A stretch of 64,000 nt of DNA from Puccinia triticina (taxonomy: Eukaryota), in contig CP110439.1 in the NCBI GenBank assembly GCA_026914245.1, positions 6,944,001-7,008,000 on the forward strand, in the 5' to 3' direction. Position 1 is the stretch's first letter, and every line of letters begins with the position of its first letter. Below the pieces are notes generated by a model. The model worked only from the letters and a program-made list of their open reading frames with translations. It did not search any database and was not told where the DNA came from. Positions 38,709 through 50,419 of this stretch are shown in pieces. Both the position numbers and the translations under genes were made by a program.

Positions 38709-38789
38709 AATTAGTTTTGGCCCTGCCGCGTAAATTTTGCTGTTCCTCAATTTCATTTAGTGAATCTATAGATCTCTCGAGATTATTTG

Positions 38790-38935
38790 AGTAGATGAGT
38801 TTGACGATATGCCAGTTGGCATGGCATTTTTTACTTGGAGGAAGCAGCAGCACACGACCGAAAGTAGATGAGTTTGACGATATGCCAGTTGGCATGGCAT
38901 TTTTTACTTGGAGGAAGCAGCAGCACACGACCGAA
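38790..38935. repeat. 73-bp tandem duplication
   Basis: AGTAGATGAGTTTGACGATATGCCAG...GCACACGACCGAA occurs twice with a 73-bp period. Confidence 0.9.
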
Positions 38936-39379
38936 CAAAGACATTCACCACTGATGAATGGCATTCCAAAAGATGATTGCAGAAATCGTAATTATCAGCT
39001 ACCAGCCGGTCAGGAGTTCACGGGGAAATGTAGCACAATTTATCCAGCCGGAACGAGGATGCATCCCTTATTTCTCTCTTTCAGCGTGTTAGATCACTGG
39101 TTTGAACCAGAAGCCACAAACATACACACCAATATTACCATGGTAACTACCAAAGGAGGTCGGGTGTGTCAGAACGAAGAATTCTTGTCCAGAATGCCTG
39201 AGTATTGATGCGGCGACGAATGTTGCCACGGTAAACTCACTTGACCTGTTTCCTCGAGCAGAGGGACAACAGCTGGAGTAACTCAAGAGTGGCACCGAGG
39301 TGGGTTGCTATAATCTTGAGACTTGGCTACCTCGATGAGGGTTGACAATCCAGCGCGTCAAGTTATTGGACCAGCAGCT

Positions 39380-39385
39380 TATAAA
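39380..39385 (+). promoter_or_regulatory. Putative TATA box of the secreted protein gene
   Basis: TATAAA about 265 bp upstream of the ATG, followed by a pyrimidine-rich leader. Confidence 0.5.
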
Positions 39386-39645
39386 GGCTACAAGGAGACC
39401 ACTTTGTGGGACATTTTTCCATCACACACGACTGCTTCTAAAGTCATTCCAATCTTTCAAAATTAACCTTCATTCACCAAAGTAAACTGTTTAAGATCAA
39501 ACTTCTGTCCTTCTTTCCCAGATAACTTTAATCTGGTATCTATTTCATCAGGAAAACCTCTCGACTATCCTCCCCATCAACTCGGGTGGATTGCATACCC
39601 TCATTTCTTTCTTCAAAATAATATCTATCATAGGATCTATCGAAA

Positions 39646-40401
39646 ATGTTCGCAAATTATACGTCCTGGTACCTTTTTCTTTGCTCATTCGGTAGTCTCT
39701 TGCAAATCACTACCGGGAATCCTGTTGATCCCCACTTGATCGACCAAAACAAACACAACCATGTACCGCTTACTAAAGTCCTGAAACATAAAAAGCGCTC
39801 TTTGGACCATAATATCCCAACCCAACGCGTCATAGCATGGGAAAGAAATCTTGGTGAAACGGCGAAGGTAGCGGGCGAGTCTTCGAGTGCGAAGGAGGTG
39901 AAGAATTCTGAGTACACTTTCATTGAACAAACCAAAAGAGAAAATCTGTCGGTCACCAAATTTCCGGATCCCGAAGGACGTCCATTGAACGATGCTATTC
40001 CTAGTCAACAACTCAGACTATCGCGAAGAAGTGTTGGCGATACGGTGGAGGGATCAGGCGAGTCTGGGAATGAGGAGAACGGACAGCCTCTGGAGTACAT
40101 GTTCACTGACCAAAGCCAACGAGAAAGACTACCGGTCACCAAATTTCTGGATCAAGGAACGAGCTCTTTAAGTTCCATTTCGCGGGAGAAGCTCATATTA
40201 TGGCAAAGAAGTTTCGGCGATACCGCCAAATTCGCTGGAGTATCTGAGAATGCGAAGGATGCTGGTAAAAGACTTAGACAGCATCGCAGAATCACGAAGG
40301 CTCAGAAGCACTGGCGCGAAACACACAAACATGGATGTACTGCTACGGACGAAAGCTGCGTCGAGATCACAAATGAAGGCACTGTCACATATTCCAAATA
40401 G
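39646..40401 (+). CDS. Secreted internally repeated protein, candidate effector (251 aa)
   Basis: Single ORF with AAAATG context and a hydrophobic N-terminus (probable cleavage near TTG|NPV). Three ~61-aa imperfect repeats, several dibasic or LxxR sites, and a two-Cys tail. Confidence 0.8.
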   Translation: MFANYTSWYLFLCSFGSLLQITTGNPVDPHLIDQNKHNHVPLTKVLKHKKRSLDHNIPTQRVIAWERNLGETAKVAGESSSAKEVKNSEYTFIEQTKRENLSVTKFPDPEGRPLNDAIPSQQLRLSRRSVGDTVEGSGESGNEENGQPLEYMFTDQSQRERLPVTKFLDQGTSSLSSISREKLILWQRSFGDTAKFAGVSENAKDAGKRLRQHRRITKAQKHWRETHKHGCTATDESCVEITNEGTVTYSK

Positions 40402-42564
40402 CAGATTTTATGAAAATTAAAATCATGCAGTAAAAAATTTGAGTGTGGGCGAGATGTATTCCACATATAGTGGCATTTGTAGATAGAATTATGTAGGCAA
40501 AACAGCCTTGTAAAGCAACCAAACTAGGAATCAGATGGTTTAGCATGCAGCATCAAGGATTTGAGATGTCTAAAGTTGTTGCAAGATAGCGCGTTATAGT
40601 TGAACAAATTTTTAATCAAATCACAAAAAATTCAACCGCAGGCTGATTCAAGTCAGACCACAATCTTGGTTGAGATGAAAAGTTAGAGGGTCCAAGTTTG
40701 TGGACAAGTTATTCAGCTCTCTCTACATGAGTCTAGGAACCTCGCACTCTAGTTTCTCTCCTAACCAAACGGAAAAACATTATACATAGAGCTCGTGACA
40801 AAAGAAACAACATTGTGATCATCATTTGCGGCAGTAGGGTTTTCTTTTGATTGCACAATTGTACTGCAGCTTGCAAACTAGTTGGACTCGCAAACACGTT
40901 TTTTTGCAGGGCTCATGCAACTTTCCATCACAGCAACCCCATCAGAACATAAGACAGACTTATTATGGAAAAAAACCCTATGTCACATGTGCTGTTGAAT
41001 CAATGAGGCCTGATCAGCATTATTATTATTCATTTCATCAATTTTTAAAAGTCTAGTCCACTCACATAACACACCCTCAACATTATTGCAAGAGAGCCCA
41101 TTTCCCCTCTCATAGGTCATATTATGTACCACAAATACTTGTATATTTGCCTTGACTAAGTCATGACAAGGCACTCTTTTCTCGTATGTCCTGCAAATCT
41201 TCGTACTGAAATACCAAAGGATTCGACAGGAAAGGGCATCCATGGCATATATTCAATTATTCAAGATTAAAATGAGCTAAAGAAATAAAACATGCTGATT
41301 ATATTTTGTGTTTTCTTCCTACTACTACTAGTACTGATGAACAATTTTTCCATTTGATCAAAATCAAAATAGAACACCACGGCACCTACAGCACCACTTT
41401 ATTTACTAAACTGAGCGCTTCCTCAGTCGACCTCTATGCTTCGTTATTGGTGGTCTGTTTTGAGCGGTTGAGGCTGAGCAGGACTGAGCGTCCGTTAACA
41501 TCGTTCTCCCAAAGTACCCATCGGATTCCCATCTACTTCATCCTCGTCTGTCGAGACTCGAAGTCATAAGCAATGATCCACTCTTTGGTTGGGTCGCCTT
41601 AGCCTAGCTTAAAAGCACGCCTACGAAAGAAAGAAAGTGGACATGGTGAAATGATCGAACTCTGCTGACTCTACACCGACCCACAGCCCCTGATTATCTA
41701 ATCTTCATTGCCCCATCGACTACATATGTATGTATCTCTTGTGCTGGTTGTGCTGACAGAATGAGATGTTGAACCTCTCAACGAGCCATCTCTTTGGGCG
41801 TATATGTAGCCAAATCATCTTTACTTCCGCACCCAAACTCACGCGTGCTTAGCCAAAATGAGAACACGTTTATTTCCTTGGCAGCTGATTGAAGGCGGCT
41901 AGGGCCCTTTCCATCCCGAGAAGCGGTTGGAACGAAAGACTGACGTCGGTCGAGCGATCCTTGCGTAGTTGGGACACTGTACTGTAGAAGATAGATACTG
42001 TTAGCCTTGTTCACGGATCAGAGTGTCCGGCGATCGGGCGATGCCTGCTAGACTACTATGCCAACAGGATATGAAATTGACCAATGACGAAAGAAACGTT
42101 CCGTCACCCTTTGGGCGCAAATCGGTTGGGGTTTGGGAGTTCGATGAGGGGCGATTACCTGGAACTGGACTCTAAATTGTCAATCGGAATCAGTTAATCG
42201 CGATACCGCATCGAGAAATATAAAATCTTTGAAGGAAACCGGGTCTTGCCATTCCAATGATAAATCACCATTGCCGCAAACATGTCGCGGTTCAGCACAA
42301 GCTGGTCATATGTAATGCTATTTGGTTATTATGTATCAGGGGCTTGCCCCAAGTAACTCGAAGACAACTGAAAAAAAAAAACGAGTAGACAGTTTGCGTC
42401 AGCGGAAGGTTAAACAGTGAGTAGACCCAAGTAGAATGCTATGAGCAAACAATCTCTTCTTTGTTTAGCCCAGGTAGACTAGCACGCTATGTAGGCTTGG
42501 TCGGCTGATTCATGTCCACGGCTACAGGTGGGGACCAGATATTGTATTTGCCCTCGATTTCGTC

Positions 42565-45305
42565 TATAAAAGGAGGACTCCCCCCGCCTGTTCGATTTTT
42601 ATCCCCATCAGCTCCTAGAAGCTTCGATCCCAGGTCACTCTCTTTTTCCTCCCACATTCGTTTACCGTTCTTTCTGCTTGCTTAGGCTTGCTCTTTTCTT
42701 CCAATTCTCTTCGCCTCTCACATTCCTTCATCGAGGCTTGAGTTTGGACCGGCTAGACTCCACAGACATTCATTCTTTCGCGTCTTTTCGAGTCAGGTCT
42801 TCTTTCTATTGTCGTCAGAACTGCTCCTTCCTCCATCATCCCTGGGCATCGTTGTTGCTCCTAGTGAGCCTTACCTTGCTCGAAGATATGGCGGACGCGA
42901 TCCAAGGTACTTATCTTTCGCCACTCTTCATCTTCATCATCACCATCCCCTTGACCCAGATGGGATTCCTTGTCCACGGCTTCATCGAACCCTGGTGGTG
43001 AAGCGCTAGCAGAACTTGACTACAGATTATCCATCTATGTAGCACGTTATAATGGCTTGACCTTGATGCAGTACATTTCCTTTCATCAATTGCTGCCCGT
43101 TCCTTTTTCATTCTTCGAGACACTTCATCCAATCCACCGTGGTGAATGTCCTAGTCGTGATAGGCCGTATTTTGCGCGGAATGCTGCTATATCGTTCTCA
43201 ACCCATCACCTTCAACGTGATCAATCGATTTTTTATCTCGGGCAGCAAGGTCCAGCGTTGATATGCTCAGTTTACTTAAATATTTCCTCCCGATCAAAGC
43301 AGGTCGCATCCTGGCTCATCTTGAATTTTCTTCCATTTGATCATCGCTCCCAATATGTGATCAAGCATCGATGTTCAGTTCTGATCCATGGATTCATACT
43401 CTTCCTCTTGACAGCCTTTTGATTTGATCGGCCCCCGATCTCACGTTTGGACTAGCAGAATATGTCTGCACTACCCCTGCAACATTTTTGCGCTATCGCG
43501 GATGATTCTTCGACAACACCATTCCTTCTCCGCCGAAACGTTTCGCAGTGCGACGTTAAGCATCTGGACTTGAAGTCCATGAAAAGAACACGCTCTTTAA
43601 ATATGTATTAGTATTACCAGCCGTTGGGCATGCTGGATTGTTTATGTGAGTCATGGCTTTCTTTGGTTCTCATCTGGAGAAACAAGCTTAATTCTAACTC
43701 TCACTCCACAGACGCGGTCGACAGGGCGACAGAGAATGCGCCCGGACTACGGGTCCCGAAGATTAATCCAATCTTCATGTATATTGAGTGTCATGTGAGT
43801 CATAGTTTTCTCTTCTTATCCGAAGCAAAACACTAAATTCTAGCTCTTACTCCTCAGGCGGGGTGGAAAGGATGACTGAAAGTTCCCGGACTTGAAGTCA
43901 GGAATACTATGACCAACTGTTGCCCTCGTTGGTTTATAGGGTCAGTTTTTTTTTATCTTCTCCTTCTCGGCACAAGCGAACTAAAGTCTGCCTCTTCCTC
44001 TTCAGCTGCCCTTCACAGGGTAGACCAAAGCGCCTGGACTTGGAGACCGATGTCAAGACCAGTATTTTTGACCGTTATTAGTCGCTTTGAAGCAATGTTG
44101 TGAGTCTTTATTTCATCTGCTTATAATCGACACCAACTGATTTCCGGCTCTTACTCCTCAGATGTGCCTCGTGGGGCCGATGTACCGCAAGAGCTAAATC
44201 GTTCGCATATGTGTGGGCATATCCACGTTGCTTAACGAGATACAGCTGTTATGCCTCTTTGTCCGGGTCGATCGGTTTTTCTTCTTGGGAACGGAGCAAC
44301 TTTCTCCGGAGAACCCTTTTCTCGCCGAATCACCACTCCGACAAAGTGGACCACTTCGTTGCAGAAGCGCAACGAAGACGTCTGACCCGATGAGCTATGT
44401 CAGCCCGAAATTTCCTCTTCTCTTACCTTAGAAGCATGCAGCTTTTGGAACTCAGGCATGCTAACATGGTTCCAATGTCTTTCGTTTAGCATCGGACTTC
44501 ATTATACCGGGATAGGTGCAAGCGGGCGTATCCGCGGGGGCACCCCGAAGAACTGCGTGTTGCATTGATATCCCATGATGCATCCCAGTTAGAATTCCAG
44601 GAAAGAGTTGGCAAGCTTTCCCTAAGGGTGTGTAATCTCATTTCAATATCAAACGGACCAAAGGATCAATAGTTATCCTGACAATCCATTCTGTTTGCAC
44701 CTAGGTCTTATTTTGCTTTCCTTTTTTCTTCTTTTTTTTCCACACCGGTTCCTTCGCTCCGGCCCCTTCACTCCGGCCCCTCCACGGAGTCCTTCACAAG
44801 CATCACCGCTTCCGCCGAGGTACTGGGATCCTAGCGATAGGACCCAGCTCGCGCCCATCGTTCAGTCGGACCGCCTTGTTCTTGGCGCTGATCGGGCTTT
44901 CATATCAAGCCCCTCCGACGACGACTTCGTGCATTTTCGGTCAAGACTTATTGATCGGTCGAGGGAGAATATATCCCGGAAGGGTTCCTCGATTCATAGC
45001 ACTCGGCGCTCGGAAGCGTGTTTTTGGTGGTAAGCAACACTTTTTGTCGACAAGTAGTCGCAGCAGGATGGCAGCTAACTTCAACATTGTTCTTTCTACT
45101 TCCATCGGCCCGTCTCATGCACATTTAACGAGAAGATGAGGCAAGCTCATACGCGATTGGTCGCCTCCGAACTTCCCGATACCCACGACCAAGTGGAGCG
45201 ACGATTGGAGTTGGACAAAAGCCATCGGATGTACTTGGCAGATGTGAACTGTCCTACACCTGCAGAACCGACCAATCGCGAACAACAAACCAGTCTTGTG
45301 AGATG
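42565..45305 (+). other. Probable spliced Pol II locus without a clear long ORF (lncRNA, uORF-rich gene or pseudogene)
   Basis: TATAAAA at 42565, CT-rich leader, and successive ~60-65-nt intron-like segments (GTGAGT/GTCAGT...CTAA/CTGA...YAG). CpG is not depleted as it is in the TE debris. Confidence 0.45.
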
Positions 45306-46388
45306 ATGATATAGACTGTGATTTGTTCGCTTGCCTCCTTTGCTTGTTAATATCCCGCTCTCTGGTTCTCGGATATGACCGTTAAGGGTTGAAAATCAAA
45401 GATATTTCCTTCTTAGAGGAGATATTTTTTCCTTTTCTTTTATCTCATTCTTCTATATTTCAATGAAATCCCCACTCAGTGTTTGAACCAAAGTGACAGT
45501 TGATTCTATCGATTGCGAGAGATGTGATTCTTGATTTGGGAGAGATAATCCAAAAGCGAACTATCTGGCAGGCAGTATGTGGGGGGGGAGAAAAAAGACC
45601 AACCAGGAATAAAGAGGCCGATGCGTTTAGCCCACGGCTCCCACCTCGCCATCTTCTTTCGTTCCTGCTAGGTATCCTTGGGAATTAGATTGTGAAGAAA
45701 TGAGAGAACGCGACAGCTCGATATGGTTCCGCCGGCGCCCTAGAGCAATCCTTACGTAAGGCTCTCCAACTTAATGAGACCTTACCTGACCTTACATAAT
45801 CAGACTCCAGATTCTCCTGCGGGACGGCGTCCCCTCTCGGCTCCAATAGAGGGAATCAGTTAAGCAGCCCGTTGGGGTGCCGAAGCTCTCCCCATTGCCC
45901 TGCCCATTATGATTGGCGAAGTATTTTGGAATTTGCAGCCGACCAGGGCAAGCTTTTTCGAAATTACACGATACATACATTTCGAACCATCCAGAAGGCT
46001 ACTTCCCAACCTCTTACATTTTAGGGGTTTGTGATGTGTATTGACTCCGCTCAACAAGCTATTCAACAAATGTTACCAAACCTTTGGGTGGACTCTTACG
46101 CATGATCACAGTTCAGAGGAACCGTGATTAATGAGATGAGACGACATATGTGTACCAGTTTGGGCAGACTCCAAAGCCATGCTCAACTCATAGCTGCGGG
46201 TTGTAAAATTACCGCTTAGCAAACTTTGCAGGAACCTGTCTGGATAAAGAAGGCCAAGCTTTTGTATTACGTATGCGAATCTCTAATCAATCTTCGAGAA
46301 ACAACGAGAACACCACAAGATAGATATACACATGTGCACTCGGGTTCGAGAATGGAAAAAGACTGAAGCCGCCTCGAAAGCGAGATTC

Positions 46389-48563
46389 TTATCGGCGAAT
46401 TTGGCGGAACGAGGTGATCCAAGCGAGCTCGAACTGAGCGACGCCGAACTTACGGAGTGCAAGTTGGCGGGCGGCGGCTTGGATCTTGGCGCGCTCGACA
46501 GCGTTGAGGGATAGGAAGATGTGGTTGAGCTGTTTCGCGTATTCAGCGACGCCATCGGCATGGAATCCGGTGCATGTTTCTCCCTCTTGGCTCGAGTCTT
46601 GAGCCAGCGGAACGACAATGTCGAGTAATGGACCGGCTGAGCGATGGACTAATGGAATCATACCAGATGCCTACATAATATGTTTTTTTTTTCGGAAAGA
46701 ACATGTCAGACTCTCGACTGCAACCAGTCTAACAAACCGTGCATGGGTTTCTTTTTACAAAAGAGAAAAGAAACGGACCATGAATTCGACGATACTGATC
46801 CCAAAATGTTCGTCGACCATGGTACTAATACCAACCAAGGAGTTCCTCAAGAGATCCTTCAACTGATCCCAGCTGATGTTGACTCTAAATTCTACAGCCC
46901 CAGCGAGGCCGAGTTGTTGGGCCAACTGTTTCAACTGATCGACCCGTTTTTGGTCCGCATCGTCTCTGCAACTGCCTGCCAGGACCAATTTGATCTCTGT
47001 TCGTCGAGGATCATCGGCTTCCAAAGACGAGAAAAATCGTGCAAATGCTGCGATCTGTGTTGCCTGATCTTTCTCTGGTCGGAACTGGGAGATTGAAAGG
47101 ATTGTTGACGTGCGTGGGGAGATCGGGAAATCAACAAAGCTTTGAACATCACACGGAGGATAAACCACAGTCGCCTGGTCGAATTTCCTCTTTTTGGTCG
47201 GAATGTTGATCGTTTTATTCTGGCCATTTTCAGCTGAAGGATCGGAAGCAGGGATCCGTAAACGAAGGCCATCAAGTTTCTGGGACTCGCAGGATTGAGG
47301 TGGATTCGAAGATCTAGTCCAATCTTTGGCAGTTTCTTCAGTTTCCTCTGCGTCTTCCTCATGTCGATATATCCATGGCTTGAGTAGCCGGTCGATGTGA
47401 TTTTTTGTCCAACTCGAGTTGACCATGAGGTGATGAGCCTGTCTGAGGCAAAGTGAGTAAAGCTCTGCGAAGATAATATAATAGCTGAAAATCACCCAGA
47501 TCAATTGCGGGTGAGCATTTACACCCCCAAAGAAAAAAGAATGTGATGAGACAATGGTGGGAATAGTTTGGATACTGACACTAATTTGGCATAGCTTAGG
47601 GCCAGGCTATTACTGATGGTGGAACTGTTGTTATGGGCCGAATTCCTGCTCGAGACTCGTTTGAGCATGTCATTACTGATCGTGGGGTAGTGAATGTAGG
47701 CACCTATTGGTACGTCGGTGAGCAGCCGAAAGACAGGAAAGGTGAACGCATAGCCCATCGTATCTGAGGATTGGATGTTGATAATTCAGCTTGGATTGAT
47801 GATTTTAATTATCTTATGAGGAAGTCAATGAGCTTACCGATGTAAATGTCTGGTATGAGAGCAGAAAGAGCTTCATGACCCAAGACGAGACTTCCGAGAG
47901 ACTGGCCTAATAAGGTGAATCGAGGCCATGTAGATGCTTCGACGAGATAGCGGGTTTTCAAGGGGACCAATAGCAACGCAGCGGGATCAAGAATGATTCC
48001 AAAGCGACTCTGGATATATCGTAAATTTGGGTTATTTTATTCTGAACGATCCAAGAGAGCAAGACGGGTGGTACCTGATAGAATAGCGGCTGTGGTCTTT
48101 GCTGACCTTGACTTTTTCGATTATGTCGTGCTTGGAGACGCCCAGATCACCAGTGTAGATGGCACATATCGTATCAGGTTCAGTTCGTTGATGGAGGGCG
48201 ACCGCTGTCCAGAGTACCCTCTCGCCTCCACCGCCAGCATTACTAAGCGCTTGGAAGAAATGAATAAGCCCCAGTCAGTTCTACATAAAGTAATATATTA
48301 TGGTTTTTCGAGTGGAAGGAGACTTACCAATAGGGATGTAGGAATCCGACAATTAGTTTCTTAGTTGAGTTCTTATCATCCTTAATTCCGATCAGCGCGA
48401 GCAATCGTGCACGATTTTTCAGATTTCGTCTTCGGAGCAAGCCGGAATAGCTCTGGAGGATGAATCTGGATAGAAAGAGGTTGATGTAGACAGCCGTGGA
48501 TATTGATGAGATGATGAGGATGAGTGAGACGGGTAGGGGTAGCTGGTGGTAGAGTGAGGTCAT
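46389..48563 (-). CDS. ALG11: GDP-Man:Man3GlcNAc2-PP-Dol alpha-1,2-mannosyltransferase (multi-exon)
   Basis: N-terminal TM segment, [18 protein letters not shown] across a splice, MGYAFTFP...[54 protein letters not shown]. Confidence 0.96.
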
Positions 48564-48727
48564 CGTTGTTGACCGTTTCCACCGAAGTTGCGGGTAGAAG
48601 CCAGCGCAGACCGGGTCACCCGCAGCCACCCCTCGGGCACCCTCGGGGCAAACACAAGCTTCAACGCTCAACCACACCGACAACCACACGAGCAGAAAGA
48701 CCATCACCAACACTTCAGAACACAAGG
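48564..48727. promoter_or_regulatory. Compact bidirectional promoter region of ALG11 and MSP1
   Basis: Only 164 bp separate the two divergent ATGs. Confidence 0.65.
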
Positions 48728-50419
48728 ATGTCGTTCCTCAGCCAATTCAAACTGTCCAACTTCTCACCGACAACCAAGAAAGCATTCTCGGATCTCACCC
48801 TGCTTGCCATCTCCCAGATCTTCCTGTTCTATGGCGTCAAATATATCCTGGCTAGGGCCGACCCATCCCGACAATCAAAGGACCATCTGCTCAAGAAGTC
48901 TAAGAAAGTGATGAAGAGTATGGGCCTGGACAAGAAGACCTTGGAGCTGGATGATCATGAGGCCATGCTAATTGGAGAAGTCGTCCAGCCTGATGAAATC
49001 GATGTCGGGTTTTCTGGTTTGCCTTTCATTTATTTATTTTTGAATTTCCATCATGCTTTGAAGATCCAAGGAATGTCATTCTCACCTCCCCGGTCGTTTT
49101 CAACTGACCAGATGTCGGCGGACTGGACCCCATCATCAACGACCTAAAAGAGTCGATCATCTTCCCACTATGTTACCCATCGACATTCAAGTCATCAGCC
49201 GGACTGTTCAGCTCACCCAAGGGAGTCCTTCTCTACGGCCCACCCGGATGTGGAAAGACCATGCTGGCAAAAACACTGGCTAAGGAGAGTGGGGCCATGT
49301 TCATCAACATCAAACCCAGTGACCTTAGCTCAAAGGTATCTATTTTCACTCTATTTCATATTGCATCAAGCCTACATCGACAGGTTGTTAAAACACTTCC
49401 TCTCTCTTTTCAGTGGTTCGGCGAATCTTCTAAACTCGTCGCCGCCCTCTTCTCATTGAGTCAGAAACTTCAACCTAGTATCATCTTTATCGATGAAATC
49501 GACTCCTTCATGCGCGAGAGATCAAGGACTGATCACGAGGTTTCTGGAATGATGTAAGAATTCCATGCTTGCTATGATATGCATGCCTCGAGTGGTTCTG
49601 ATTGCTCCCTTCTACATCTTCATATCTTTAAAAACCTGAATTCAAGGAAGGCTGAATTCATGACGTAAGTTCCAGTGTCTGATCAAAGAAACCCAAGTCA
49701 AAACTAGGACTCGTTCGAGGGCGTATACCAGTCCGTGGAAATGAAACATCTAAGCTAAAAGATTTACTTTTCTGTATTATGTTTATTAGATTATGGGATG
49801 GTCTCGCTACTGGAAGCAGTAGGATCCTAGTCTTGGGTGCAACTAATCGACCGAACGATATTGATCCAGCAATCTTGCGTCGGATGCCGAAACGGATTCC
49901 AGTGGGCTTACCAAATCTACAACAACGGACCAACATCCTCAACCTTGTACGAGCCCATCCCTCCCCATCTTCTTGACTTGAAACTTGAACCCAACCTACA
50001 CGTCCTCTCCCACAAATCTGACTGTCCCCCCTTTTTTCGCGTTGAAACAACAACAAAAAAGCTGCTGAAGGACATTAAGATGGAGGATGGCTTGAGTATA
50101 GAATATTTAGCGCAACGGACGACGAATTACTCGGGCTCGGATTTGAAGGAATTTTGTCGATCGGCAGTGATGGCGCCGGTCAAGGAATATGTGCGATCGA
50201 AGGGGGGCGACAAGTCGGCGATGTTTGAAGCCAGCCAATCCGTTCGTCCCTCTTTTCCCTCCCTCAATCAAACCCTTCCTCAAGTATTTCTTTTATTGAT
50301 CCGTATGTGGGGGTTTGTAGGAGCTTGAGCTGAGGCCTATCCGGTTAGAAGACTTTGCGCTCGAGGAGGCCTCTCGCAACGACCCTAGCTCCGTCATCCC
50401 TATCGCCTCGTTAGACTGA
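48728..50419 (+). CDS. MSP1: Membrane-anchored AAA ATPase Msp1/ATAD1 (multi-exon)
   Basis: N-terminal TM, DVGGLD, Walker A GHPGCGKT, Walker [59 protein letters not shown]. Includes an 18-nt exon at 49647-49664. Confidence 0.95.

Noticed and set aside
42565..45305. Telomerase RNA or pheromone precursor
   Set aside because: No CTAACCCTAA-like template seen. The CVLH* ending near 44565 lacks a convincing in-frame start and H is an atypical CaaX terminus.
46680..48364. Plus-strand ORFs overlapping ALG11
   Set aside because: Antisense shadows of the ALG11 exons.
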